Positions 24,554 through 38,124 of a stretch of 64,000 bases of DNA are shown piece after piece (position 1 is the first letter of the stretch; every line of letters starts with the position of its first letter). Source of the DNA: Octopus vulgaris (Eukaryota); NCBI GenBank assembly GCA_951406725.2, contig OX597820.1:14136001-14200000 (forward strand), given 5' to 3'. The translations under genes were made by a program, and so were the position numbers. The notes under the pieces are model-generated. The model searched no databases. It worked only from the letters and a program-made list of their open reading frames with translations, and was not told the DNA's origin.

Positions 24554-25324
24554 CAGGATGATTCAAAAGTCTCCATACATAGGAAAAAATTATTTTTTTT
24601 ATAAGAGACAGTTTATAAGATCCCCTAGATCCCCTAATCTGACCCCTCTTGATTTCTATCTCTGGAGGCATTTGAAAGGCATGGTGTATCGCGAAAAGAT
24701 AAAAGACCTAAATCATTTGAAGGAACGCATCACAAACTCCTTTGCACACATATCACCAGATGTGCTATTATGAATTCACAATGAGTGGGGGTAAACATAT
24801 TGCAATCATCATCATCATCATCATCATCATCGTTTAACATCCATTTTCCATGCCGGCATGGGTTGGACGATTTGACTGAGGACTGGTGAACTAGATGGTT
24901 GCACCAGGCTCCAATCTGATCTGGCAGAGTTTCTACAGCAGGATGCCCTTCCTAATGCCAACCACTCTGAGAGTGTAGTAGGTGTTTTTATGTGCCACTG
25001 GCACGAGGGCTAGTCAGGCAGTTCTGGCAACGGACACGCTCAAATGGTGTTTTTTATGTGCCACCTGAACAGAAGCCTGTCCAGCAGCACTGGCAATGAC
25101 CTCGCTCGAATATTTTTTCATGTACCACCGGCACAAGTGCTAGTAAGGCGATGCTGGTAATGATCACACTCGAATGGTGCTTTTTACGTGCCACCGGCAC
25201 AGAGGTCACTTCAAAATAATGGTAACCATATACAGCCTGTTAAATAAAAAAAACTGTTCTTATAAACTGTTTCTTATAAAAAAGATAAATTGTTCCTATG
25301 TATGGCAATTTTTGAAACACCCTG
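24554..25324 (+). mobile_element. Internally deleted Tc1/mariner-superfamily element interrupted by an RTE 3' UTR (about 24805-25210)
   Basis: About 68-bp imperfect TIRs (cagg..ttcaaaa..ccatacatagga..ttataaga); transposase C-terminus PRSPNLTPLDFYLWRHLKGMVY...LKERI resumes after the insertion as QNNGNHIQ. Confidence 0.85.
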
Positions 25325-27007
25325 TACATTAAGGATACGCATCTGTGGTGTACTCATCCACTTATACTTTAATTTTACAAGCAGACCGTTCTGTTGATGA
25401 AGTTAACTGGAACCCTCGTCAACGTAATTAAGATAGTGCCAACTTTTCTTTTTTTTTTTATCTTATTTAGAAATGATACAGTTTGTTTGTATTTTATGAT
25501 TTGTTGAAGTTATGATGGAATTGTTATTCTTTTCTGAAGACAAGCAGCCAGTGTTTTTGGTTCCCTGCTAGTTTGGTAAAATCTTGCAATATTTTGTTTT
25601 GAATTTGTTCTGCAAGAATTTTGATTAAAAGCCATGTGTTGAAAGTGATATTGTTATATTTTGGGAGAATCTCGACAGACTCTGGAGCCTGCAGGATTTT
25701 ATAGGTTTTCATTCACTTCATTTTTTTGGATATCTGCCCAGAAATTTTTCATCACAACTTTTCTGTGATCTTCTCAATGAGTTCAAATTCTCCAACAACA
25801 CCAGCCAGCCAACCAATAAACAAATAAGAAACAGAGATATTCTGATAGCATTGATGGAATTATAACAGACAGGACATTGTCTTACAACCTCAGTGCATTC
25901 ACACCAGGAACATGCCACCTGGGTAGACAAGGTAGGCAGTGCCTACTTTGAATAAAATAGATCAATAGCAACATTTTCCTTTGATGACAAAATATGCACC
26001 TAATTCAATAAAATTATAAAGGTTAATCTGATTATTATGCATAAAATACAAAATATTAAAATTTTTTTGTAGATTAGGTAGGCATAATTAGCCCCTGCCT
26101 TTCAATCTCAGTATCTGAGCTACACATAGTACTGCTGTAGTACATGTGCTGTGTACACTCCTACAACACCATTTTCTTTATGTACTATAAAAGCAGAAGT
26201 AAATCTGCCTGCAACTCAGTCACACAGCTGTGTTTCACTTATTTTTTTTTTCTACCCACAAAGAGCTTTATTTTTAATTTTTTAATTTTTTTTTTTTTTT
26301 TAAACTTATTTCACTTATTTTTTGTACGTTTTACTACATAAACATCACCTACTGCCTACCCTGAGTAATTACTGATGGCACATACCTGATATACACACAC
26401 CTAGCATTATTCCATAGACATGTGTTCTTTGACCATTAATTTTTAGGCAGAATCAGCAAGGCCCAATAAGGAACATGGCCGGCTCAGAGAATCACAGGCC
26501 ATTTGACAAATTTTCACACAGTTTTCTTCTACAAAAGAATATTGAGTGAAACCTAGTAACCAGTTGATCTAGCAAGTGGGGCCTCATTTCAATGACAGGG
26601 GCTGGTGTGCAATGATGCCATCAAGAGGAAGGCCCTGAAATGGTGCATATTTTCTCCTAATGACCTCAAAAGCTTACCAGCATCCAGTATGTGGAACTTT
26701 CAAGTGGTAACGCTAGTTGCTTGCAAAACATCAATGACAAGACTTGGATTGACATGAATCTTTGGGAAAAGACACTTCTGAAGAAGGCACACACTTGATC
26801 AAATAGAGAATATAAATCCTTTCTAATTTTGGTACAAGGCCGGAAATTTGGGGGCCCCAAGTGTTCGACTGGTACTTATTTCATTGGCCTCTGAAAGGAC
26901 GATAAGTAAAGTTAATTCTGGTGACATTTGAACTCAGGACGTAAAGATAGACAAAATGCCACTAAGCATTTTGTCTGGCATGCTAACAATTCAGCCAGCT
27001 CACTACC

Positions 27008-27056
<49 letters not shown>

Positions 27057-27058
<2 letters not shown>

Positions 27059-27386
27059 CCCACCTGACAACAAGGTATGTGATAAAGAAGAAAGAAAAGT
27101 CGATAGATATGACAGGTTAGCTTGGGAGGTTAAGCAGTTGTGGTTGATGAAAAAGGTAGCAGTAGTAACAATAATTGTTGGAACCCTGGAAACAGTCAGT
27201 AAAAATCTTGAGAAGTACGTGGAACAAATAGGGGCTGCAATAAGGGTGGAGCACTCGCAGAAAACAGCACTGCTTGGAACCGCTCGAATACTCCAGATGG
27301 TGTTCGAAGAATAAGGGGTGTTACTGGTAGTGAACAGCTGACACCATAGTACATCTCCAGCATTAGAAGCCGTGTAAAGACAATAA

Positions 27387-27390
<4 letters not shown>
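27057..27390 (+). mobile_element. R4/Dong-like LINE 3' end inserted in (TAA)n
   Basis: DKEERKVDRYDRLAWEVKQLW...IIVGTL...SQKTALLGTARIL; (TAA)n on both sides. Confidence 0.85.
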
Positions 27391-27440
<50 letters not shown>

Positions 27441-27599
27441 TGCAAGAATAATAACTGGTACATCACACGTATTGAGAAGAGCATTGTCGATGTGAGAACT
27501 GTTGCTGCTCATGTATTTTAATAAAAAAAAAAAATCAACGAACTATTGAGTTTGGTTTAATGGCCTACCAATGTATACTATGAGTTTCTTTGCCCTAGA

Positions 27600-28048
27600 A
27601 AGCAAATTTGAAAGAAGAAAAAAGTAATAATAATAATAATAATAATGATAATAATAATAATAATGATAATGAAATAAAATGCATCGGATGGGTGATGCAT
27701 ACCCTGTGAGCAGACACATTTTTTCACAAATTATAGTGTGGCTTACAATGCATTGCTTTTTAATTGAACTGAATTAAGCTTTGTAAGAGTTTGACTAAAA
27801 GAGGATTAGAAGCCTAAGAAATGGAAGCAAATTTGAAAGAAGAAAAAAAAGTAATAATAATAATAATAATAATGATAATAATAATAATAATGATAATGAA
27901 ATAAAATGCATCGGAGGAATTGATGCATGCCCTGTGAGCAGATAAATTTTTTCACAAATTATAGTGTGGCTTACAATGTGTTGCTTTTAACTGAAACTGA
28001 ACTAAGCTTTGTAAGAGCTCTGAATAAAAGAGGATTAGAAGCCTAAGA
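27600..28048. repeat. Tandem duplication of about 225 bp
   Basis: The unit aagcaaatttgaaagaag...aaagaggattagaagcctaagaa occurs twice with a few differences. Confidence 0.9.
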
Positions 28049-28149
28049 ACGGTGAAATTAAGAAATCAACTTGTAAATAAATGAAACCCTCAAATCCATT
28101 AGTGTACACACGCACGCACATGCTCAGAGTTGCATATGTATGTAAGTAC

Positions 28150-28465
28150 CCTCACATGTCTATGCACATAGGTACACCATAATCTATACACACGCAAACG
28201 AGGGTCAATTCATATGAAAAAGAAAGTGAACAAAATAATATGACCACTTGCTTATCGAGAAATTTTCATGATTTAAAAAATTTTCTTTATTTTTAATGAT
28301 AATCAAATCAAATGTTAACATTTTGAGCCACTCACCCAATGAGTATTTCTGCCAAATTTGGTGAAAATTCGTCCAGCCGTTTGCCAGTAATTTTGTAAAC
28401 ACACAGACAGACAGACATGAGTAATTACAATACCTTACTTTTGCTACGCACACAGGGTAATAATA
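28150..28465 (-). mobile_element. Helentron-associated (HINE/DINE-1-like) non-autonomous element
   Basis: Minus strand begins ttattaccc, carries (ctgt)n and the ggacgaattttcaccaaatttggca motif typical of such elements. Confidence 0.5.
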
Positions 28466-29971
28466 ATAAACACCCTGATGCAGTACCAGGTAGTGGTTCT
28501 CATGGCTTCTGATCTTAACTAATTGGAAGCGCTATCATGTACATTGTTTTGTTTTGGTATAAAAGATGGGCTACAGCAAATATTCTGTTCAGTACCACAG
28601 ATTTGCTCGTCACAAACCTACCCTTAATTCCCGTTCCTATTACTAGTTCTCCAATGAACCATATTGCGCAGTGCCAACATCTTCAGCAGCTACAGACTGT
28701 TGCATGTTCTCTCAATGATCATATAGCCACTAGTGAAAAAGTCTCTGGATGTCTATGGCAGCATTAAAGATTTTAGTTGAACTGGTGACTACTTTGTTCC
28801 TCTGACCTCACAGATCACATTATAGGTAGCATGAATGTACTATTACAATATCCGTCAATTCGTATCGATTATGGTGTAGAAAATTTGTATGGAAATGATT
28901 TACAAGAATGGTGTAGTGTTTCACAATGTTGATACTAATGAGCCAAGCCTTCTCATAAAATTTACATTTGATATTAGATCCTTTTGTTTATGTGATAATG
29001 GATACTCAAACAAAACAAACAAATAGAAAAAAGTCTGGCAGCACTAATCCAGAACAAAGTAGATCCTCAGCTGTGAGAAAAAAAAATCTCACTGAGCACT
29101 GGATGTCATAAAAACATAGGTTGTAAAAAGGAGCCCCATTGCTTCCAAACGACCATAACCAAATAAGAAGGATGTTGGCACATGTTGTTAGTGCCAGCAT
29201 AAAAATGACACTACAGTGGCACATGTTTAAATTTTGATTATCTCTATAATCAGGAGAAGAGTGCAACCATTGTAACTGGTATTGCTGGAGATGTAGCTTT
29301 CCTCTTCATGAGGAAATGTAGAAGACAAAGAACTAATGCCCACCACTTTACAAAAATCCTGTAAAAAATTGATAGACAAAATTACACATGTGTAGTGCCA
29401 CAGACTTTATGAAGGGGTTATAAAAACAAAAAAGTTAGGTTTAAAATATAAACTGCATACAAAAGATAGATAATTAGTAAAATTAAAACTAAGATATTAC
29501 AAAGTTTCTCAACACTAAATCCCTCAAAAATGCTTACTAGTGCATTTGGTTGCTCCAGTACACGATTTTAGAAATGGTTAAATGAACACAGGTTTGTGGA
29601 GCACCCTGACCCAATTTAGCTAGAAAGCTTTCACATTTTATTTTGTTTAAATTATTGTTTTGTCATAATTTTTATTTATAAATATACAAACGTATGTACT
29701 GTTAAATTCTTCATATATCCTTTCATATATTGTATAGCATCTCTCACCTCTCCTTTTGGTTTTGTAAACTTGTCATTCACTCTTAACTTTTTTTTTAAAC
29801 ACTTAGTGTAAAGTTTTATATTTCTTTGTATCTCTTCAGGTTTTTAGTGGTTAATAAAGGTCTATTCTTATTATGCTTTGTGACATTTCATCCATCTTTA
29901 CATTCTGAGTTCAAACACCATTGAGGTTGCTTGTGCCTTTCCTCCTTTCGGGATCAATAACATAAGTTGAA

Positions 29972-30494
29972 CATTGGGGTAAAATATACGAAGCCCAGTA
30001 TACCTATCATGACTACCCGTCTGATAAGGGTACACCAGGCACATGCATCACAACCATATGTGCGTGGCATGGTGATCTCATATTAAGATAAACAGTGCAT
30101 GACCTTGCAGGTGGGGGCCAGTTAGAATTTTCTTCGGGTTAAGTAACCCATTCTGCTCAAAAGGTCCTTGAATAAGGGTTACCTAAGGATGTTGAACAAA
30201 ATACCTATGTTTCCAAAGGTGAATTATCCAAACCTCCAAGAATTCCTTTCAACACACGACTATGATGCTCCCTCACTACATCTGCTCGTGATCAGAGAGG
30301 CACATATTGTCAGCCACTAAGGCACATGGTCAACTGGTTAAGGTCAAACAACTGACAAGAAAATCTGTGGTATTGAGCAGAATATTTGCTGTAGCCCATC
30401 TTTTATACCAAGACAAAACTATATACATGATAACACTTCCAATCGGTTGAGATGAGAAGCCATGAGAGCCACTGCCTGGTACTGTGTCAGGGCA

Positions 30495-30495
<1 letters not shown>
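29972..30495 (-). mobile_element. About 530-bp non-coding repeat associated with (TAA)n (other copies 28470-28612 +, 56300-56790 -, 56865-57410 -)
   Basis: Four similar copies abutting (TAA)n/(TTA)n tracts; no ORF or tRNA head recognised. Confidence 0.8.
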
Positions 30496-30556
<61 letters not shown>

Positions 30557-30774
30557 GTTTGGCTTTTGCTTTGTATTTGTACAAGTTAACTCCAAGTCTC
30601 ACTCAGAGACGTCAAGAGACAACAAGTTAGTTCAAGTTGGTGTTATGACTAGGGTGACATATTTTTGGTTTTGCACAGAGTATTGTTCCAGAGAATGTCT
30701 GTCAAAACATAAATAAATTAGAAGTTTGCTTTAAAAATGATTTGACTATTAAATGATAGTCTGATGTTAAGACG

Positions 30775-31070
30775 ACAGTAAAAGGTATTTACTATTATGT
30801 ACTTTTAAAAGTACTTTGACACTGTTTACAGGTTTTACATAGGATATCAGCGGTTCCTATGAGCACTATTTTGTGAATTTCTTCCATTTTGGGATTTCCT
30901 GATACCTGAGCTAGGTAGTAATCAGCCTGTTTTGCTATCATTCCTAGGACACCCACGACAACAGGTACTGTTTTAGTCTTGAGGTTCCACATTTTGCCAA
31001 TTTCTATTTCAAGATCTTTATACTTGCTCAGTTTTTGGTAGGTCTTCACAGACATTTATGTCGATTGGGA
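30775..31070 (-). mobile_element. R4/Dong-like LINE 3' end
   Basis: KLSKYKDLEIEIGKMWNLKTKTVPVVVGVLG...IHKIVLIGTADIL. Confidence 0.85.
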
Positions 31071-31587
31071 CAAGGTGTCATGCAGTGGGGCTGAACCTGA
31101 CACCATGAGGTTCAAAACATGACCTTCTCAACCATATAGCCACTCCTTCACCTCTCTACTTCTTCCTTCTTTTTTTGTCCTCCATTTTTTCCCCTCCTTT
31201 TCAAACAAAAAGCAAATACCTTCATCATCATCATCATCATCATCACTACTTTTGCATTTTTTTGTTTATTTCTTTCTTTATTTTGTTATCTTGTCAATTG
31301 AGAATATAACATTTTCAAGAAAAGAATGGATCAGGTGTGTCTAACACACCAAGCTTTGTAAAGTTGATGAGTAACTGACCCTATTTGCATTTTTATTTAT
31401 TTATGTATTTGTCATTGAAATTCTGACCTGTTTTTTTCTTTTTACTTTATTTCCTTTGGTTTCTGATTTTCAATTTTTTCATTTACCTTTTTATTTCTTC
31501 TTCTTCTTCTTCTTCTTCTTCTTCTTCTTCTTCTTCTTCTTCATCTTCACATTAATAACAACAACAACAGCAATAATAATAATAATG

Positions 31588-31784
<197 letters not shown>

Positions 31785-31807
31785 TATTAATAATAATAAT
31801 AATAATA

Positions 31808-32212
31808 TTGTCAGAGATCATGAAGAAAAAAAATGCTTTTTAATTGATGTATCAATACCGGCAGATGACAACGTGTCTCTAAAAGAAATGGAGAAACTCT
31901 CAAAATACAAAGACCTGGAAATAGAGGTAACTAGAATGTGGAATCTGAAAACAGAAACAATTCCTATCATAGTAGGTGCATTAGGCATGATAAAAAAATA
32001 TTCAGACAAATACATAACAAAAACACCAGGACTTACAAACACATATAACATACAGAAAATTGCACTACTAGGCACTGCCCACATCCTACGCAGAACACTT
32101 TCCATACAATAACCATCAGAGCATCACAACAAATCACAGCACATACCCAAGGCACACAGAGCTGCGCTCGGTAGTGAAGTGAAAGCACGCTATAAAAATA
32201 AAAATAAAACTA

Positions 32213-32217
<5 letters not shown>
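31808..32217 (+). mobile_element. R4/Dong-like LINE 3' end between long (TAA)n tracts
   Basis: CFLIDVSIPADDNVSLKEMEKLSKYKDLEIEVTRMW...PIIVGALG...IQKIALLGTAHILRRTL; (TAA)n at about 31570-31807 and 32217-32320. Confidence 0.9.
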
Positions 32218-32280
<63 letters not shown>

Positions 32281-32579
32281 TATTAATAATAATAGTGATA
32301 ATAACAATAATAATAACAATAACAATACAATATTGTTATTGTTGTTATTATCGTTGATATTTTCATTATTATTTTTATTATTATTATTTTATTTTTATCC
32401 ATCATCATCATCATCATCATCATGCTGTTGCTTCTTTCACTTCATTCATTACTCTAGCAAATACTCTCAGGTAGCAAATATCCTTAGAGATTTTCTTAGC
32501 TTTGGTAAGGAATTTCCACCCTGTTACTTGCTCTTCTGTTCACTGCTATTACTTCAAGTCATAAATAAATATGCGCATA

Positions 32580-32616
<37 letters not shown>

Positions 32617-33509
32617 GTTTAACGTCCACTTTCCATGCTAGCATGGGTTGGACGATTTTGGCTGAGGCCTGGCAAACCAGATGTCTGCACCAGGCTCCAA
32701 TCTTGATCTGGCAGAGTTTCTACAGCTGGATGCCCTTCCTAACGCCAACCACTCTGAGAGTGCAGTGGGTGCTTTTTACGTGCCACAGGCGGTACTGGCA
32801 ACGACCTTGCTCAAATCTTTTTACACATGCCACTGGCACAGGTGCCAGTAAAGCGACACTATTAGTGATTACGCTCGAATGGTGCCTTTTACGTGCCACT
32901 GGCATGGAAGCCAGATAGCCGCTCTGGCAATGATCACACTCGGATGGTGCTCTTGGTACCCTACTAGCACGGGCACAAGTGCCAGTAAGGCGACGCTGGT
33001 AACGATCACACTTGAATGGTACCTTTTATGTGCCACTGGCACAGAAGCCGGTTAGCTGCTTTGTCAACGATCACACTCGTATAGTGCTCTTTGCACCCCA
33101 CTAGCATGGATGCCAGTCATCTAATTTGATTTTGATTTTGATTTCACTTGCCTCAACAGGTCTTTGCAAGCAGAATTTAGTGACCAAAGAAGGAAAAGGT
33201 ACACATATGTGAGCTGGTTACGCTCCTGGCATAGGCCACGAGGTTATGGTCTCATTTGGCTTGCCAGGTCTTCTCAAGCACAGCATATTTCCAAAGGTCT
33301 CAGTCACTAGTCATTTCCTTGGTGAGGCCTAAGGTTCAAAGGTCGTGCTTCACCATTTCATCCCAGGTCTTCCTGGGTCTACCTCTTCCACAGGTTCCCT
33401 CAACCGCTAGGGTGTGGAACTTTTTCACACAACTATCTTCATCCATTCTCGCCACATGACATACCAGCACAGTCATCTCTCTTGCACACCACATCTGATG
33501 CTTCTTATG

Positions 33510-33510
<1 letters not shown>
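32580..33510 (-). mobile_element. 5'-truncated RTE LINE: ORF C-terminus plus long repetitive 3' UTR and (TGA)n tail
   Basis: Minus strand LCWYGHVARMDEDSCVKK...VEGTCGRGRPRKTWDEMVKHDL (RTE WxGHVxR / GRPRKTW motifs), followed by about 650 bp of UTR with ~60-bp subrepeats. Confidence 0.9.
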
Positions 33511-33562
<52 letters not shown>

Positions 33563-33564
<2 letters not shown>

Positions 33565-35339
33565 AGCAACGCATCCCGGCGTTGCCCGGGTGTTATGACC
33601 TACAAGCATATTGTATTATTTGCTCCTTTCTTATGGGCAGAATTGGCACAGCTTATACTTAGTTAATGGAATAATGGAAGTTATCTTTTGTTTAATAGTG
33701 AAGGGCGAGGGTACAATTTGCAAGGGTTTGCATGAAAGTGCTTTCTCTTCTTAAGAAGGATCAGAAATTATGTGTTGTTTCATTGTGTAAGAGGGGATTA
33801 ATACGATTTTGTCTAGAAATCACGTTTCCAACATTTTAATTTCGCTTCATCCCCACTGCAATGTCTTAATTTGTAACTTACTCTTTTAGTTGTTTCAGTC
33901 ATTTGACTGTGGCCATGCTGGAGCACCACCTTTAGTCGAGCAAATCGATCCCAGGACTTATTCTTTGTAAGCCTAGTACTTATTCTATCGGCCTCTTTTG
34001 CCGAACCGCTAAGTAATGGAGACATAAACACACCAGCATCGGTTGTCAAGTGATGTTGGGGGAGGGGGTGACAAACACAGACACACAAACATATACACAC
34101 ACATACATACTGGGGTCGATGTAATCGACTGATTCCCTCCCCTGAAATTTCAGGCCTTGTGCCTATGGTAGAAAGGATTTGATTGTTCTGGTCTTAACAT
34201 CAGTTGGTAAGAACAGATATCATTTGACGACACCCTTTTGTTTGTAATAGGCTATCCTGTTGCAGATTCAATCTGAGGAATATTGAAATAATACCCATCT
34301 TGTCCATTCCACAGAATAAGATTATACTGGAGAGCATCATAAGAAGGACGAGTCTGTGAAACACGTTTAAGGTTGTTACCTTGAACACAAATGAGAATAT
34401 CATGATTTTCAATGGGATCACCAACCATAAGGATGGCCACTTCATTAGATGTGGGCTCATTAAAACAGTATAAAATGTTCTTTACTATAGTTTACACACA
34501 CATAGAATTGATAATATTGAAAACAGCAAAATGTACAGACACAAAGTTCGAGTGAAACGAAATGTATTCAAGACAGGTGCAAAACATACTTTCTGTAGCA
34601 TAGTTATGCCATAAAAAAATGAAAAGTCACCAATTTAGCAAAAGTTAGTATGCGTCACCAATGTAAGAAAGTACATAAAGTCAACATTTATATGGAACAT
34701 GTACTAAATCTTATAAAATTCACAACTGAATGAATGTCACGGTGAAGAAAGTGAAAGTCCAAGAAAATTCACAAGGCATAATTCAATTTCTCATGCAAAA
34801 ATAATTTATCTTACAATTTTGAAACAATTGCTGAACCAAGTGTATAAAAAGGAAGATGATGTTTTTGAAATGTGTAACATTAAAGGATGTAGAATAAATA
34901 CTGAGTAACACAGTAAAAAGGTTGTGCGACGCTGATACTCACAGTGATGTAGAATACAAGGACTGTGAAAAAAACATTATCTTGAAACTGGTTAGAAAGA
35001 GTGGAATAACATTTCTGTAATTATATCGAAAGAGCTGTTGAGGCTTTCGACTTTGCCATGTTTCTGAATTTTTTGCAATAACCAGAATAATATTTTTTTT
35101 TCAGATATAGTTGTGAGTATTTGTGAGTGGTATTAAATCTGGCAAATCTTCATGTTGGTAGTACTTGAAAGTGAAAGTAGTTGTTTGTTTGAAGTCCAGG
35201 CTGCAAGTAAACTTTCGATATTGGCGCGTTTCACTGTTTGGAGGGGGGAAGTTACATACATAAAGAGACACATACACGTACATTAATGCATACAGGAAGC
35301 CTATCTCTGTCCCTATGTGTGTCTGTCTCTGTCTTTAGA
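33563..35339 (-). mobile_element. Deleted Helitron with a Rep-region fragment and a nested SINE (33880-34110)
   Basis: 3' end on the minus strand: GC hairpin cccgggcaacgccggg then CTAG-T at 33566-33562. 34190-34465 reads EVAILMVGDPIENHDIL...LKRVSQTRPSYDALQYNLILWNGQDGYYFNI (Helitron SYDALQYPL motif). The 5' A-TC at 35339 is tentative. Confidence 0.8.
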
Positions 35340-36544
35340 TGTGTGTGTGTGTCATCACAAAAATGTATGTATACCGACAGACAGAAACATTGTCACACAC
35401 ATACTTGTCAGTCATCGGCCTAACATACATAACGAATGTGTGAACACATATAGAAAATGTGACGTCATCGTTGTTGTGACAGTGGTGGTGGTAAAAGATG
35501 TCATTCACAATAGGTGACTAAAAGGAAAATGATAATCTTAAATTTTTGTAATGCAAATAAGTGGATGAAAATATATGATCTGGCAGTGTTTCTACAGCTG
35601 GATGCCCTTCCTGATGCTAATCACTCCAAGAGTATGGAAAACAAATGTTGGATGATGATGGTAGTGATGACAACGCACATGGTAGACAGTTTCTGTCTAC
35701 CGAATTCACACAGAAGGTATTTGTTGTCCACGGTGTCAATTGTTGAAGATACTTGCCTAGGTTGCAACAAAATGGGACTGAACCTGAAACCGTGAGGTTG
35801 TAAAACAAGTTTCTTCACCACACAGCCATACATGTGCATAACCTACAACAAAAATTTAATTAGGTATAAATACTTTGTCTAAAGGTTGCCACTTGGCAAC
35901 AAGGTATATATTTTCATTCCTCAAGTCAATTAAGCACAGTTAATCTAATGTCCTCTCCACTTTGCACTCTTTGTGAAGTGTATTTGTGTCATTCAATCTG
36001 CTTTTTAAGTTTGTTTGCAGTTATTCCTTTGTATTCAATTGTTTCTGGTTTACTTCTTGATGCTACAGTAGTGCTGTGTACTATACATCATTCCAGGCAG
36101 TTTGTACTAAATAAGCATACAACTGGGAAATCACAGTAGCTGTATATTTGGTTTACATTGCTTTGTTATCGATATTTCGCGATGTTTCTATTAATCATGG
36201 CAGTTACTGAATTTGCAATTTCAGCATTGTTAAGTATCTTATTTTGAGTTGAATAATGCTAAATATTATTCTATACTGATGGTCAAGTGGAAAACGTTTC
36301 TTTTCTAGGCGGATAAAGGCTGTGCCTATTTTTGTGCTTACATTAGTGAAAAATAGGGGATTATACCATAGAATTTTCCTGGTACACTTCCTGTTCTTAG
36401 AATTAACTTGGCTATTATATTCAATTGATTCTTTAAAACCACTAGCTTGCTTTTAGTGCACTGTTGAATGCATTCATTACCCAGTTGTTTCAATACATAC
36501 ATACATATGTACATACATACATACACACATACATACATACATAC

Positions 36545-36601
<57 letters not shown>

Positions 36602-36646
36602 CACATACATATTGTGTGAGTGTGTTTTTGTACATATATATCTTTC

Positions 36647-36691
<45 letters not shown>

Positions 36692-37099
36692 GAAAAGTAT
36701 GTGTAGGTGATAAGACTTTTGGGTCTATATATGGGAAAAGAATATGTATATGTGTACATAAATGTGTATATATGAAAATATTTGATCATGCACAAGTGTA
36801 TATATATGGATATGTCCTTTTGCACAGTATGCAAGTACATATATGTGCATGTGCATTATTTGAGAGTTTACATAAAGCATGCAGCTACTGATTCTTACGA
36901 AGTCCATATTCTTTTTATTAAGCTCTCGAATAGTAATTAAATAATCTAATTCATTAGTATACTGTTAATAAAAATGGTCTTAATAAGCTGCCAACAGCAA
37001 AGAATTTGAATTGATAGATGTGGCTGATAAATGTTATGCATTGTTTTATTAACTAAACTAAGAGAGTAGTTTTAATAATATTGTAAAGTGCACAGCTTT

Positions 37100-37150
<51 letters not shown>

Positions 37151-37860
37151 ATTTGGGGTAGAGAGAAGAGGAAAGATAATAAAGCTAGGAAGAGAGAGAG
37201 AGAGAGAGAGAGAGGTTGAAAGAGAGAGTGAGAGAGTAATTGTATCTGCTTGAATGTAAGAGAGTGAGCGATTTTTATCTATTTCATGCTATTTCTGTAT
37301 ATGATGACATACACACACACACACTAACACATATATATACATGAAGATGTATGTACATACGCATGAACATATGTCTGTCTTATGTGTATATATATATCAT
37401 ATGTACACACACTCAATGTAACTAAATATTTCATAATATCTCATGTTTCGTTTTGTTATATTTATGTGTGTGTGTGTGTGTCTGCATATGTGTGTGTGTA
37501 CATGTATATGTATGTGTGTGTGTATATATATGTTTGTATACTTGCATATATATATATATACATACAACTAAACAGAACGAGAGATTGTTTATAAAATATT
37601 AAGTGACATCATCTTACACACATTTCATTAACAACAAATTATTATTAGGCATATAGAGAATATTTCATAATCAAAATATATTGTCAAGCCTTCAGAGATA
37701 TGTAACTTTAACACAGACCATTACAGTTGTTGCTATCAGAGGAATGGCAGTCAACAGTTGATTGCACCTCCAATGAGGGCAACTTTGTCATGTAAGTAAA
37801 TATCTTACAAAAATAGTATAAGGTAGAGAAGAAATTTCAGTTTTGTCAGAAACCCAGCAA

Positions 37861-38037
37861 CTTCTTTGTGCTGTTGTTATGACAAAATCTACCCAGCACA
37901 TCTTGTAAATCACTGGTTGCTGTGCAGCAGTTGTGTGTCTTAATGACCCTGAGAGTTACACCAAGATAGCACCGGCTTATGGTAGAGCCTCCTATGCTTG
38001 ACAGATCAAAGAATAGAGACCTGAGCAATATAGACCA
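37861..38037. repeat. Unclassified ~175-bp dispersed repeat (second copy 41355-41531)
   Basis: cttctttgtgctg...atgacaaaatctacccagcaca...gacagatcaaagaata...agacca is present twice in the same orientation. Confidence 0.8.
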
Positions 38038-38124
38038 CCTTTTTCCAGAGTTAAAAATGGGTTTGCATAAGGTCAGCATCCTTAAAATGTACAAAGCAAA
38101 ATTTACAGAAGTTAAAACCAAAAT

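Larger units (their letters stand above)
25829..29360 (-). pseudogene. Putative decayed IAP-like (multi-BIR + RING) pseudogene fragmented by repeats
   Basis: RING-like CIFCHQRK...LPC/QVACSWC..EVVRQCPVCYNSI at 25829-25999. BIR-like remnants at about 26380-26550 (FVKWP..AG/MFLIG..KEH..RCVY), 26640-26820 (GF/YSLFDQVCAF..RKYAP) and 29000-29290 (WLHSSPDY..FYAGTNNMCQ..GRL/KQW; LTAEDLLCSG..VCFV*). Many stops and frameshifts must be assumed. Confidence 0.45.

Noticed and set aside
37727-37791. Candidate small exon ending in cat/gtaagt
   Set aside because: Only the donor is strong, the peptide is unrecognisable and there are no partner exons.
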